A stretch of 53,207 nt of DNA, counting the filler, from Streblomastix strix (lineage: Eukaryota), in NCBI GenBank assembly GCA_008636045.1. It is 3 parts of 3 records of this genome, joined end to end, with 100 filler letters (N's around TTAATTAATTAA, not from the genome) between each part and the next. Parts side by side here need not be neighbours in the genome. Positions count along the whole stretch, not along the records: positions 1 to 17,681 come from SNRW01000685.1; 2 more parts are not named here. One strand, given 5' to 3'. Shown here one piece after another: positions 1 through 12,378 of this stretch; positions within the stretch are counted from its first letter, which is position 1, and each line of letters starts with the position of its first letter. Under the pieces are notes generated by a model. The model saw only the letters and a program-made list of their open reading frames with translations. It was not told the origin of the DNA and did no database searches. The translations under genes were made by a program, and so were the position numbers.

Positions 1-160
1 GTTGAATATTAAGGAAGAAAATTTGTCAATATAATTGGTCCAATTAGCTAGTTAGAGATAATATACAAATTTTTTAGAGGTTAAGATTTTTCGTATAAAA
101 ATAACAACATTCGACCACGCCAAATGACAATGAGCATAAACGCATATTATTATTTATTAT
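1..160 (+). repeat. Left terminal inverted repeat (weaker similarity continues to about 270)
   Basis: 1-160 is the reverse complement of 17522-17681. Positions 2-65 are identical and I count about 11 mismatches in 160 nt. 221-270 also resembles the reverse complement of about 17451-17500 after an indel. Confidence 0.97.
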
Positions 161-383
161 AGCTAAAATATATGAATAATGCGTGATATTATTATTATTA
201 CTTTTTTATTTTAATGAATCAATCTAATTGTTGGTCTATATGTAGCAATAAAAAAATAATATAATTATTCTGATTATTTGAATAAATTAATAAATAAAAA
301 TTAATACTATTATCGATGAAGATTATTTATTTTTATTTTCTAACAAAATTTTTAAGTTCACAAAAGCAGAAATTTTTTAATTA

Positions 384-779
384 ATGGATGATATTAGACC
401 TATTAATGAATCAGAGAAATATGGTTCATTATATACTGAATTAGTAACTAAATTAAAGAATTTAAATTATACAGAGAGTAGAAAAAACTTTGATAATGTG
501 CAATAGTTTCTTCATTAAAAATTTTGATTACCATATCAATAATTTATGTAAGAAAATGATGTCAATTAATCAGATTTCATAGATAAATTGTACAATATAT
601 AACACTAACTTTTAGTTAATGAATTTGATGGTGATAGAATATATAATGATAAAATTAATAAAATTATACATAGATTAGAAACTTATAATAATGTAGAATA
701 ATACAAAGTTAAACGGTTTGATGTGAGGTCAGCTAATTATGTTCCAGCTCGAGTGCCCGTTTTATATATCATCAAATGA
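384..779 (+). pseudogene. Hypothetical element protein (about 131 codons, one internal TGA)
   Basis: MDDIRPINESEKYGSLY...RVPVLYIIK-TGA stays in one frame under TAA/TAG=Gln, with a single in-frame TGA. Confidence 0.55.
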
Positions 780-1150
780 AATATATATACTGAATTTAAT
801 CATTCAAATTTCAATTATAATATGTATTGTTTTTTGTCCTTCTAGTTGAGATCAAAATTTCAATTTTTCAAACAAAAATTTCTCATTTAATTTGATATTT
901 TTTTCAAAATATATATTCTAAATAAATTGTATTAAATATATAAATAAAAAATATCTTACTTTTTATTATTTATGGTGAACACTTGAGATTATAAATTGCA
1001 TTCTAATAAATATTTTGAAATTTTAGATAATTATCCTTTTAATATACATTTTTTCTGTCGAAATCTTTTATTATATATTATTTTTAGCTTATTTTATTTT
1101 TAAATTATTTCTACAATTTTGAATTAGAGCAGAAATTTTATTAAAAAAAT

Positions 1151-3476
1151 ATGTAATAATCAATGTAAAAGTCAAAATAGATAAAATCAATAAAATTAAA
1201 CGTAATCTCAATCAATAATTGATGCAAAATGAAAATGATATCTCTAACGCAATTTCAACAATTGAGAATATAAAAAGGTTAAATAAATTATCATAAATAG
1301 CTTTACAATTATGTGATGTTGAAACTGAAGAGGAAGCAATTAAAGCAATAAAGAGAGTAAGTAAATTCAAAAATAATGAAGCAATTTCTGAAGCTGTTTA
1401 TGATGAAATTACTTATAAACTTCATTACTTTAATAAACTAACTTAGTAAGAGCAACTGTCTTAATATGCAGATAAAGTATATGACTCGTACAAAGGACCT
1501 CCATTTAAAGTTCAAATTGATTTTGGAGTTCTATTATAAGAATAACTTGATGGTAATAATAATAAATATTCATGTAGAATTCTTTCATAAGATAACACTT
1601 TCAAACATAAACAATCTACAATAAGTGACAAGAAATCACAAGAATAATTCAAAGTAGATATATTAAGATTTAAGGGAATTATTGGAAAGAACATATGAAG
1701 ACACTAGAAATTTGATTGTTAGAATATTTAATATAGCGTTTGCTACTTCTAAATTAATAGATACTGAAGCAAAAATTTCATATCTTGGTAAACATGTTAA
1801 ATAGCATTCAGTTCATTAAATTGATTCAGATTATAAATTTTTTTTTTATTTAACACTAGCCTATAAGATAAGAAGTTAAATTGACAAAAATGCTGATCAT
1901 TGTTAAGTAATTTCATTTGCTAAATAATTATTTGCTTACTTCTACAAAATTAAAGATAAATATTAATTGTTATAATACTAATATAATAATGTAGCAAGGA
2001 AAGATTAATCATATAACAAATATTTATAAGAATATTAAGGATTCAATATCACTACTGAAATTACTAAATTTACTTATACATTTACTCATGCAGTTAACAT
2101 ATACACTTATCATGAAGAATTAGAAGGAAGAATATGTTAATATAGACTATTTAATTCACATGGTTAATTTAATAATAAATCTATTACTTTAAATTTTTTA
2201 CCCATAAGTGATGAAAAGAAGTAGCATGTAATGTATGTATCTAATGTAGAAAAACTTACAAAAGAGCTAATGAATATTTCAATACTCATGTAGAAAAATG
2301 TAAGTCATCAACTCATGAACCATCAATCTTATTACATGATGTTCCAATGCCAAAATGTCCTGCAATACTAAATCATTCAATTATAAAATACTTAATGGCT
2401 TATGGATTAATGGATCAATTTAAAGCATAGCGAGGATTTATAACATATGACTTTGAATATTAAGAGATTAAGTTATGAAAAATATAACTGATTAAACAAC
2501 ATATCTATCATAGTTATATAAGTTATCAATTACATCAACAGAAGTACATCCAAATAGAGATAAATTATATGAATGAGTGAAGAGATGTTATACATTATTC
2601 GATGAATTATATAACAATTATTAGGAATAGTTAGAGAAACATGAATTACCTAACTCCTCATCTTTTGTCTATTTATGGTTTGTAGAATCATTCGAATCAG
2701 CTGAATAGATATATTAATGTATGAAGTATGAAGATGAAAATATTCCATTTGACAAATGCATCAAAGTACTGGGATGGAATAGTTCAAGATTTGATATTGC
2801 TCTGTTATGGGATGCATTTTATTGTGAATTTTAGAAAATGGGAGTACCAATTGGTGATCTCAATAATACAAAATCAATTACAGTTACACATAAGAAGTCA
2901 CACATGAAATTACAATTCATTGATGCCGAGAACCGGTTTGGGCCAATGACGTTAAAAGCTTATGTTAAAGATTATGGTGATAAAACTTAACATAAAGATG
3001 TATTTCCTTATGAAATTATTAACTCAATGAATTGGAAAGAAATATTAGTGAAAACTGAACCTTTTGAATATGAAAATTTCAAACCATAACTCAAAGGAGG
3101 TTATTCTATAACAAAAGATGAATATGATTAATATTTGATAGATTTTAAGAGATTCACCAACAGGTTAGAATACCTCAAATATTATAACATTAACGACACA
3201 GAGATTATGGTTAAACTATTAACGAATTTAATTGATTCTTTTGAATAATTCAGTATTGATGTTTCACACCATATTTCAATAGCTTCATGTGCATATGCAA
3301 CAAAACATTATTCAACATATCTTTCTTCTAAATTTAATCATGAAAGTGACAAATAGACATATTACTCTGATTTTGATTTAAGTACTGACTACTCCAATCC
3401 AAATCCTTAAGCTAAACCTTTTGTACTAACCGAATGTTACTGGAAAAATAAGTGTTATAATTATAAATAACTTTGA
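1151..3476 (+). pseudogene. Protein-primed family B DNA polymerase, N-terminal and 3'-5' exonuclease part only, frameshifted
   Basis: ExoI FITYDFE (about 2437-2457), ExoII GWNSSRFD (about 2772-2795), LQFIDA, KDVFPY (about 2994-3011) and ExoIII YYNIND (about 3180-3197). No polymerase motif A, B or C follows. Confidence 0.85.
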
Positions 3477-3717
3477 CTCCAATTCAAAATAAAATCATAC
3501 TAGTAATGAAATTGATGATAGTACAATTATTTCCTTCAGTGGCAGTGGAATTGATATGAATAGAATACTTAAAAAGAGAATATAAAATGAATTAAAATTG
3601 ATGAAAAGTGAAAATGTAAGCTATACCAGATTACATAACGCATTAGCAGAATATGATGAAATAGGATATGATTATTAGAAATAATTAGAAGATCTAGTTG
3701 ACAATATAGATGATTGA
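3477..3717 (+). pseudogene. Orphan C-terminal gene fragment downstream of the polB break
   Basis: Open frame ...SGSGIDMNRILKKRIQNELK...LVDNIDD-TGA begins abruptly where the polB frame ends. Confidence 0.4.
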
Positions 3718-3938
3718 TTCGTTTATTTTTTTCACAAATCAAAATGACTTTCTTTGAATCATTTAATGCAAATATAACTATAGCAATTGAAGCATTTGAA
3801 TCATTATATATATTGATTGGCACGTTATTTTGAAAACTGTCCATGAAGCAAGAATCAAATACGCATGTGAATCAAAATGATGCAAATGAAATAATTGAGT
3901 AAACTCGATATTACTTTTAATTTTTATCTTATTTGAAA

Positions 3939-4533
3939 ATGTCAGAAATATAATCAGAAACAGAATTCGTCACTCTTAAAGATAATAGTGAATTTGAGAT
4001 ATCAACTTTAAAACCATGGATAATCAGAAGAAAAGAAGATAAATTTATTCCTAAATTCAGTAAGAATAAGTGTGGGTATTTGCGTAGAAATGTTGGTGGA
4101 TAAATATGTGATCTTCATAAAATTATTTCGGAGCAATTTGTTGAAATTGATGATCCGATTAATAAGACATAAATTGATCAAAAAGACTAAAATATGTTAA
4201 ATAATAGTTTAAGTAATTTAATGTATATTTCAGCAAGTGATAATTGTAATAATAAAACGAAACATAATAGAGATACAATTTATGATTATGAAGATGAAGT
4301 TCCTGTTGATACTATTATTATTAATGATTATGGATTACATACGTTTTAATTTTATTACTTTAGTGAAGAAACAGATAAATTTTATTATTATAATGGGTTA
4401 AAACATAGAATATTATTTATTAATGAAAAAAAAATCAAATGGTTCATTATTTGTTTATGCTTATGATTCAAATAATGATAAAATAAATATTTATATTAAT
4501 TAATTCAAAAGACTATATAACTTAATTAATTGA
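3939..4533 (+). pseudogene. HNH (NUMOD4/HNH_3-like) homing endonuclease, copy 1
   Basis: FEISTLKPWIIRRK...GYL...LHKIISEQF...IDQKDQNMLNNSLSNL. The HNH His reads Gln, and there is a frameshift in the poly-A run near 4430. Confidence 0.8.
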
Positions 4534-4646
4534 AACCATAGGTTTGAGTTTCACTAAGTCATTAACATGCAAATCAAAATTATGCAAATAAAATAATTGA
4601 GGAAACCAGATATTATTATTTTTTTTATTTTTTATCCTGATTATAA

Positions 4647-5250
4647 ATGGCATAAACAGAAATACAATCATAATTCGTTACACTAAAATTACATAGAAAT
4701 TTTGAGATTTCAACATAAGAACCATGGATTATTCGAAGAAAAGAAGATAGATTTATTCCTAGATTTTGTAAAAACATAAGTGGATATATAATATTATATT
4801 TAAAAAATTAAACACATTTACTACACAGATTGGTTGCAGAATAGTTTGTTTAAAATAAAAATCCAACTAATAATAAATAAATTGATCACATAAATTGAAT
4901 TAAGACTGATAATAGTATATAAAATTTATGCTGGGTGAATAATAGTACTAATTAGAAAAATAAACGTTCACATAATAAAGAAATTATATGACTTTGTAAA
5001 TGAACTCCCTCAAGATGCTATTACTATTGATGATTATGGTAATAATCATAATTATTATGAGTTTGATTTTTATTACTTTAGTTAGGAAACAGATAAATTT
5101 TACTTCAATTATGGATTTAATTATTGGATCTTAAATATTAATGTATAAACGGAAAATGGAGCGTTATTTGAATATGTTTATTATTTTAATAATCGTAAAG
5201 TAGCTATATTTATCATTAAGTTCAAATAGTACTATAATTTGATAGATTGA
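4647..5250 (+). pseudogene. HNH homing endonuclease, copy 2 (tandem paralogue)
   Basis: FEISTQEPWIIRRK...SGYI...LHRLVAEQF...IDHIN*IKTDNSIQNLCWV. It has an in-frame TGA and a frameshift near 4985, and is clearly similar to copy 1. Confidence 0.85.
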
Positions 5251-5283
5251 GTTTTTTATTTTTGCTTCCTTACTATAAATTAA

Positions 5284-5784
5284 ATGACTTAAAGAAACTA
5301 ATCATAACTTAATCAATAGAATAATATAAATTTTTATGCAATTACTTATAATTATTTGTATGATTTTAGTAACACGGATAATGTTATATTATCAAAGGTA
5401 TATATGAAGAAATTATTAGACAAAGATTCAGATAAAAGAGTAATTGAAAATGGACATTATTATATTATTTACTTAACAATTGATGATTATACTAAATTTT
5501 GGTATAAAAAAATGAGTTGGACTGAGGATAAATTTCTAAATTTCAATAAATTTATCATTGTATAGCAGTAAAAAGATTAATAAATTCGTTAAGCGATATA
5601 CGAAAAAATTAAAGAAAAATTTTATAAGAAACCAATAACCGAATCAATTAAACCAAAAATTTAAGTCAATTAACCTATTGAAATTAATTAACTAATTTTG
5701 TTGGAATTGAGGCAATACCTTAAGTTGCAACCTGAAAGGTTGTCGAACTCCGTTCGGAAGACTTCGTCTGAACTTTAATCTTGA
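5284..5784 (+). CDS. Hypothetical element protein (about 166 aa; may be the N-terminal part of a longer disrupted gene)
   Basis: Open ATG-to-TGA frame under TAA/TAG=Gln that contains the standard-code ORF 5356-5565. Confidence 0.5.
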
Positions 5785-6339
5785 TACTTTAACCAAAAAC
5801 TAAAAAAAACTAAGCTAATCAATTACTTCTGTTAATGAACTTAATAAATTAAAGTAATAATTAATAGATTTAGTTAGTGAATAGGAACAATTCAATTTAT
5901 ATATTGATATAAATCTTAATATAAAAATAAATGCAATGCATTAATAAGAAAACATTAATTCGAAACAATCATTTTATACCAGTTTTCTGAATCATAAGTT
6001 CAATTAAAAACAGTTTAAAGTATTGGATTAAATAGCAGAAACTGTTAATATTGTAGACTAAGCTCTTAGCTAATGGTATGATTAATACATATTATAATAT
6101 TCAGAGAAATTTCCATAAGAGACTTATGTTTTAAAACTTAAACCAAAGAAATTAAATAAACAATCTAAAAAGATAACTTATTCCTGGAGATATCATAAAA
6201 TCATTTCAAATTCAAATCAAAGTATGATGTCATATATAAAGCAAATTTCTATAATATATCATCTCACTAAATTAAGAACTAATTTGATATTTATCCTTAA
6301 ACTAATACCCTAGAACCTCATGACTATTAATTAAATCAC

Positions 6340-7170
6340 TAGCTAAACTCGAAAGACTATATTTTTCACCTAATTACAATTCTTGATAAATAAATTAAGT
6401 ATTCATAATAAAAAAGAAATAAGAAACAATACAATATCTATTCGCAATTAAAATAAACACTAAATATATAGTATTAATTTCAGTATCTTCTAAATCATAA
6501 ATTCCAATACTTGAATCATTAAAATAATTGATAAAACTGGCTCCTATCTCTGATATTAGGGGAAATGGTGAAAATGGTTATGTATCAAAATTACTGAATG
6601 ATTTCTATAAAGAAAATAATATAAATACCTTCTTCACAGATAGTAAATTCACTAATCATAAAAGAGTAATTGATAGGGCTATTCGAACAATCAGAAACGC
6701 ATTTGGTAATAATATTTATAAACTTACAAATGAAAAATTAATGTAATAAACTGGTGACTTATATATTCACACTCCACATATTGCTTATTAAAATTAGTAT
6801 AGTCCAATATAAGTTTAAAATGATATACGAATAGAACGTTAATACATCTATCGTAAATAATAATAATTAAATGATGCATTAAGATTATAAAAATAATTCT
6901 GTCTAAAATAATATCACAAAATAATATTTTACTGTTACACATTGATATATCAAAATGGAAACATTAATTTGAAAAAATTAGACGAAATTTCAATAATATT
7001 GGCAAATTTAAAGAAAATGTTAATGATAACGTTAAAATTGAGTTATTAAATCCATATAGTGATTTATAAACAGTAATATTACCAATATTCGTTACAAAAT
7101 TAGTGGCAAAAAATATAAATGAATTAGAGAATGAATATAAATATTACATCAATTTAAAATTATAAATTTA
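6340..7170 (+). pseudogene. Retroviral-type (rve) integrase, disrupted
   Basis: RLYFSPNYNS*QIN...YLFAIKINTKY...IRGNGE...NHKRVIDRAIRTIR...YIHTPH follows the rve layout (WxxD...xxDxGxEF...ERxxRTxK...YNxxPH). The catalytic Asp positions read Asn, and frameshifts are present. Confidence 0.78.
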
Positions 7171-7189
7171 ATTTTTTTATATTATTGAA

Positions 7190-7531
7190 ATGGAAACATT
7201 TTCGTAGATTGAAAAATAAATAAATGAAGAAAAAATTGAAAAGAGAGCTGTTGGAATGCCGAAGAAATACTTCAATGATGATGATAGAAAGGAAGCAATA
7301 CGTAAACAATATTTAGCAACAAAGAAAAGATATGCATAAAAGAAAGCCTAGATTTATGGTAGAAATATCACTGCGCAAAAATAGTTAATGAAATTATTAT
7401 CTGATCATAATTTTAATGAAGATGATATGAGTTATATATTAGAATAGTTGTCAACAGATTTATAATAAAAGATCATACAGAAGAATAATTTACTTAAATT
7501 TATTTTTTATTTAATTGAAAATGATATTTGA
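7190..7531 (+). CDS. Small basic protein with an AT-hook-like motif
   Basis: KRAVGMPKKYFNDDDRKEAIRKQ resembles GRPKKY-type DNA-binding motifs, with Met in place of Arg. Confidence 0.45.
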
Positions 7532-7726
7532 AATCATAGTTAATACATCATTAATAATCATAGTATTAGTAAAGATAGCTAATTTATTCTTGATAGCCAG
7601 TATATCTGATGTAATAAATAAACTTGTAAAAGTTGAAGAAAGAGATATTTTTGAAAAAGATCACTCTGAAAAGTATTTATCTATGATTAACTAAGAATAT
7701 ATGATTGTTATTTTTGTACAGATAAA

Positions 7727-8279
7727 ATGGCGTAAATTTTATCTCCAAGATCATCATAAACATCAATCCCCACAATTATAGAAGAATGTTCATCATTTGA
7801 AAAAAAATAATAAACATCTATTAGATTCTCAATAACAATTCAACAGGAGAAGAAGCTCAATATTTGAAAATGAATTAACTGCTGATTCGTCAGTATGTAA
7901 ATGGTTATTGGACATAATTAGTGAGGATGAACATATGTTAAAAGAGTCAGCTCACTTCTTTTTATCCGTACCATAACTCATTCGAGTTGTTGCATATATT
8001 TTTGATGTTAATGATTAATAAGTGAAACTGAATGAAGATACTAGTACATGTTGCACTAAATTCATGAATGATGATACTATAACATTAACTGAGATCCGTA
8101 GTGGAAATATAAATATTCGCACATTTGATGAAAATAAAGTTAATCTATTAAAAGATATTTATAAGTTATGTTTGTGGAAAGTAAGAAAAATAAGATCTAT
8201 TTTAAATTTAAGTGAGATATCATCAAGACTGATGGAAGCAGTATCGAAAAGATTACTAGCTGTTCTAAATAAAATTTGA
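7727..8279 (+). pseudogene. Hypothetical element protein, frameshifted
   Basis: ATG at 7727 in AAAATG context, a frameshift near 7800-7850, then an open frame that includes the standard-code ORF 8022-8279. Confidence 0.45.
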
Positions 8280-8337
8280 GAGCATTTATGCTGCCAGCTT
8301 TGCTTGCATGTAGTTCAAGTTGTTTATTTTTGAATAA

Positions 8338-10122
8338 ATGGCACAAAGCAAAGCACATGTTCTTGATGTAATTTAAATTTATGTTGAGATATTGTTTGGA
8401 AATATTAGATATAATAAGATTTGTTTAGTAGAATAAGTTTAGAACATTAATTAACAAATTAATATTTTACAAAATGCACCAGAATCATATGACCAACAAC
8501 AGATGGATGCACTCCTATTATTGAAAGCTAATGTTGAGGATATTATGGACAGTTATTCTAAGACAGAAGATGATGCTCTTTTATTATTGAAAGCTCACAA
8601 ATCTGAACGAATTGATTTTTATTGCAAATCTGAAGATGAAGCTCTGTTATTATTGAAAGCTGATAAAACATAATTAATTGAATCTTATGTCAAAAGTGAA
8701 ACTTATACGAGAGACGAAGTCTTTACTAAAACTGAAACAGATAATCTATTAAATGAAAAAGCAAATTAATCAACAACATATAGCAAAGACGAAGTCTATG
8801 CCGGAGATGAAGTCTATACCAAAATAGAAACCGATCAATTGATATCTTAGATTGATACAGGTGATGTTGCATAAAGTAATTATTTAATAAAAACAAAAAC
8901 GGATTAATTATTAGATGAGAAATTAGGTACAACTGATCTGGCTAATTATGTTACATTACGTATTTCATAGATAATAACTATAAATAAGACATTCAATAAT
9001 AGTTGCAGATTCGTAAGTTCCACTGATGGAATATCTACAGTAAATGGACCGTCATTTATCAAATCTGAAGCAGTTAATATTGTTGTATTACTTGGAGCTG
9101 TTGTTACTAAACCAATAGCAGAGTTCTGTGGATGTATTGACGATTCGAATTTTATGAAGAAAATAAGATAAAACTTATAAGTGATTGAACGATATTTACG
9201 AAAAAGTAGTGAGCCTGAAAAAGTTTCTGAGGATGATGACGATTATATTACTAGAAGTTATATCCATAGTTAATTTATTTCACTTTCTGGTTCTTAACAA
9301 ATTATAGGAACTAAATTATTTTACGATAATGTTACAGCTAATGGATTCATTAAATAAAGTGGTACAGATTTGCAAGTATTATTAGCAAATGGAACTACGA
9401 AGCTTATTTATAAATTTACTGGTTATCCAACTGATTTATCAAATTACTATAGCAAATGCGAAACTTATTCAAGAACAGAAACAGGTAATAAATATGTAAG
9501 AGATTAGAAGGTTCAATTATATAAACAATAACAGGAAGATTAAAATATGTAAGTCCATTTAGTGCGACTGATGACGAAACGTAAGATACAGTTGTTAGTA
9601 CTTATTTGATTATGTCTGAAGTTTACGCAAAATTATCTTCGAAAATGGATTCGAGTGTATTTGGTAATTTAGTTAATACTATATAAGATTAGACAGTTAA
9701 TGGATCTAAGACTTTTATGAATATCGTTAATGCCACAGGCTTTGTGAAAGTAGATAATGATGATACAACTGTTCTATTAGCAGGTGGTGGAGATAGATTA
9801 TTATCATCATTTGGAGGAATTGAAAGTTTATCATCATCTGCATTTTTAGTACGAATGGGGCAATTATATCTTATAGTCTAATCAGAATCGAAAATCAATA
9901 TATATTTTCATTTCTAGTGAATGGGGGAAATGATAATGCAGGAAAATTTAATACTGATTATTTTGTTTAAGTAGATATAGCTGTTATGATATATATTCCA
10001 TTTCAAAATCATTCTGTCGATAAAGGTGATTATGTAGCGATTACTCATTCAAATGGACTTATTACCTTAAAACATCGCCCTATACATGCATTTAATGTGC
10101 ATCTGCTGCATGGGCTTAATGA
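8338..10122 (+). pseudogene. Phage tail-fibre-like virion fibre protein, frameshifted near the 3' end
   Basis: Repeated YSKTEDDALLLLKA and YTKxETDxLL units, followed by three QxIxGxKxF...GFxKxxxxxxxVLLAxG modules of the kind seen in tail fibres. Confidence 0.7.
8485..8682 (+). repeat. Three degenerate 66-nt (22-aa) tandem repeats in the fibre gene
   Basis: TTGAAAGCT recurs at 8521, 8587 and 8653. The peptide unit is SYSKTEDDALLLLKAxxxxxID. Confidence 0.85.
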
Positions 10123-10214
10123 AATTATAATATAATTCACAATACTTATCATACAAGTCTACTACTATTAATCCTGAATGGATGTAAGATTTCATATTAT
10201 TTTTGGATGATAAA

Positions 10215-11831
10215 ATGAGCAATGTATATATTGATGAAGCATTACTTGATGCGGCTGGTCTATCAGAATTCCCAGAATTATATGCATATATTCATGAGTG
10301 CGAGCTTAAACCAATTTTTGAAGAAATCGCTAATCACATCATTGTTGGACCATAATATCTTCAAGATCAAGTGAAAGTTAATGACGATAAATTAAGTGTT
10401 TAACTTCCACCTCCAACACCAATAATACTAATACCTTTTGCTGCAGAGATAATAACAATATCATTATATTGACTGACACAGCCCTTATTTCAATATAATA
10501 ACAATGATGGAAGAATTAAATTTTATAAATTAAAAAATTAAGTAGTATATAACATTGGACTATATCTTTGAAAGGATTTCATGGGATTTGTGCCCACTAG
10601 CTTTCCTGAAGAATTGTGGCCATTTAGCAAATATGCATTAGTGTGAGGGAATTCTGAGGGTCAAAAACAAATTATTATGGATAATTTTAGTGAAAATAGA
10701 TTTTATATAGGATCATCAATCGGTAGCGTTGAATAAATAACACCAATTAAAGGAAATACTTATATTGCTATTGCAGGTGTTTATTAAATAGATTATGAAC
10801 TATTAAAGAGAGCAACTCGTGATGTTAATTGTGATGGAAATATTAAAATTGTTGATGACAGGCATGAAAATTCTATTATTGATATAATGAAATCAATGTC
10901 ATGGGTATAATTTACAGTTTAAAAATAATCAGAAATTATAGGTGAAGGAATTTAACCTCAGAATCCAAGTCAATTTGTTTCATTATCTAATTATTTCAAT
11001 AACAATACTAAATTAGTGAATAGCAATAAATTTGATCCGTTAAGTGCCGCATATTTAGTTAAAGAAGCACCAATATGTACATTAAATTTCCAAGCAGACG
11101 CTAGCAATTAACACGCAAATATTATATTCAGTGTATTTAAAACAATATATTCTGAATTATAACCTAGATTATTAAAATTTTTCCCAATGAAGACTTCGTT
11201 TATTTTATTCGATGGTGCGATTTCAATTAGTAAAAATGATACACCAGATGTTGTTGTGAACTAAGGATTTGGATATTATCCTATGTATTTATGTGATTTG
11301 AGTGGAAATTATTTAATTGATCCACAGAAATAAGAATCAAATGAAAATGGAATATCATCAAATGGACAACCTGTATTTTATATAGAAAGTGTTATTATAT
11401 AACATGATACTCTACCACAAATGCCTATTCCATAATCAGTATTTCCATAATACACAGTAACAGAAATGTAAATAGATTAATTAATTGCATTAGCCTATAC
11501 TCCATATGACTTAGATGCATTTACGATTTATATAATCAATGATACTGTTAATAAATTAGTCATGTTTAATAGGCATTTGAGATAGATAGGGTTTATAGAG
11601 ACTAAATAAAATGTACGTAGTATGAGTGAATCAATAGATCCTAAAAGAACATTACTGTTTCTAGTGATGATATTATATGATTTCAACACTGACCCCATTT
11701 AAAACACTCCCTCTGCTTATCTCACGGTTGGTGACACAGATAATCCTGGTCGCCGGCATATTCATATATCATCAGAATTAAAAGCTGATAATTTCGTTAA
11801 TTAATATATTAGTGGAATTTACTTTGTTTGA
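10215..11831 (+). pseudogene. Beta-rich hypothetical protein (538 codons, three in-frame TGA), possibly structural
   Basis: A single frame MSNVYIDEALLDAAG...YISGIYFV-TGA lying between the fibre and capsid genes. Confidence 0.6.
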
Positions 11832-11883
11832 ATAAATTGTTAATTAATACGAATCTGTTCATGAATTTTTTTATTTTTCGTAA

Positions 11884-12305
11884 ATGAATTAGCTGGAATC
11901 TTTCATAAAATCAAATATATAGCACAAAATATTGGTGAAGGAATAAATTGGGCAAATTAACATATACATAAACCTATTAAACCATTTATTAATGCACTAG
12001 AATCACCTATAATAAGTAAATGTTTATAATCAGAGGCAAGTGGTTTAGATGTAATGTAAGCAAATAACGCTTAAGATAGAATAGCGAACATAGCTAATCT
12101 TAGAAATGATATAGGGATTTTCATTGACGAACTTAAAGTAAGATATTAAATTGAAAATAATAGATACATAAGACTTATTCCGAATGTCTCAAAGAATATA
12201 AATAGAACTATGAAAGCTCATTTTACTACTCCAAATAATTAAATTGAAAACGGAATACAATATAAATCAAGTTCTCCATAGAGTATTCAAGAAGTTGGAG
12301 AATAA
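11884..12305 (+). pseudogene. Small protein with an N-terminal amphipathic helix, directly upstream of the major capsid gene (3' end approximate)
   Basis: After a frameshift just past the ATG it reads LAGIFHKIKYIAQNIGEGINWANQHIHKPIKPFINAL. Confidence 0.5.
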
Positions 12306-12378
12306 AATTTTTAAAAATAATATGTTTCAAAGTTTAACTTGCTGCATATGATTAGTTTATTTTTGCTTCAAATAAAAC

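Noticed and set aside
8485..8900. Periodic repeats as a CRISPR-like array
   Set aside because: They are degenerate in-frame coding repeats with no unique spacers and no cas genes, in a eukaryotic context.
11725..11745. VGDTDN as a displaced PolB motif C (YGDTDS)
   Set aside because: It lies in an unrelated ORF with no motif A or B context, so it is a chance match.
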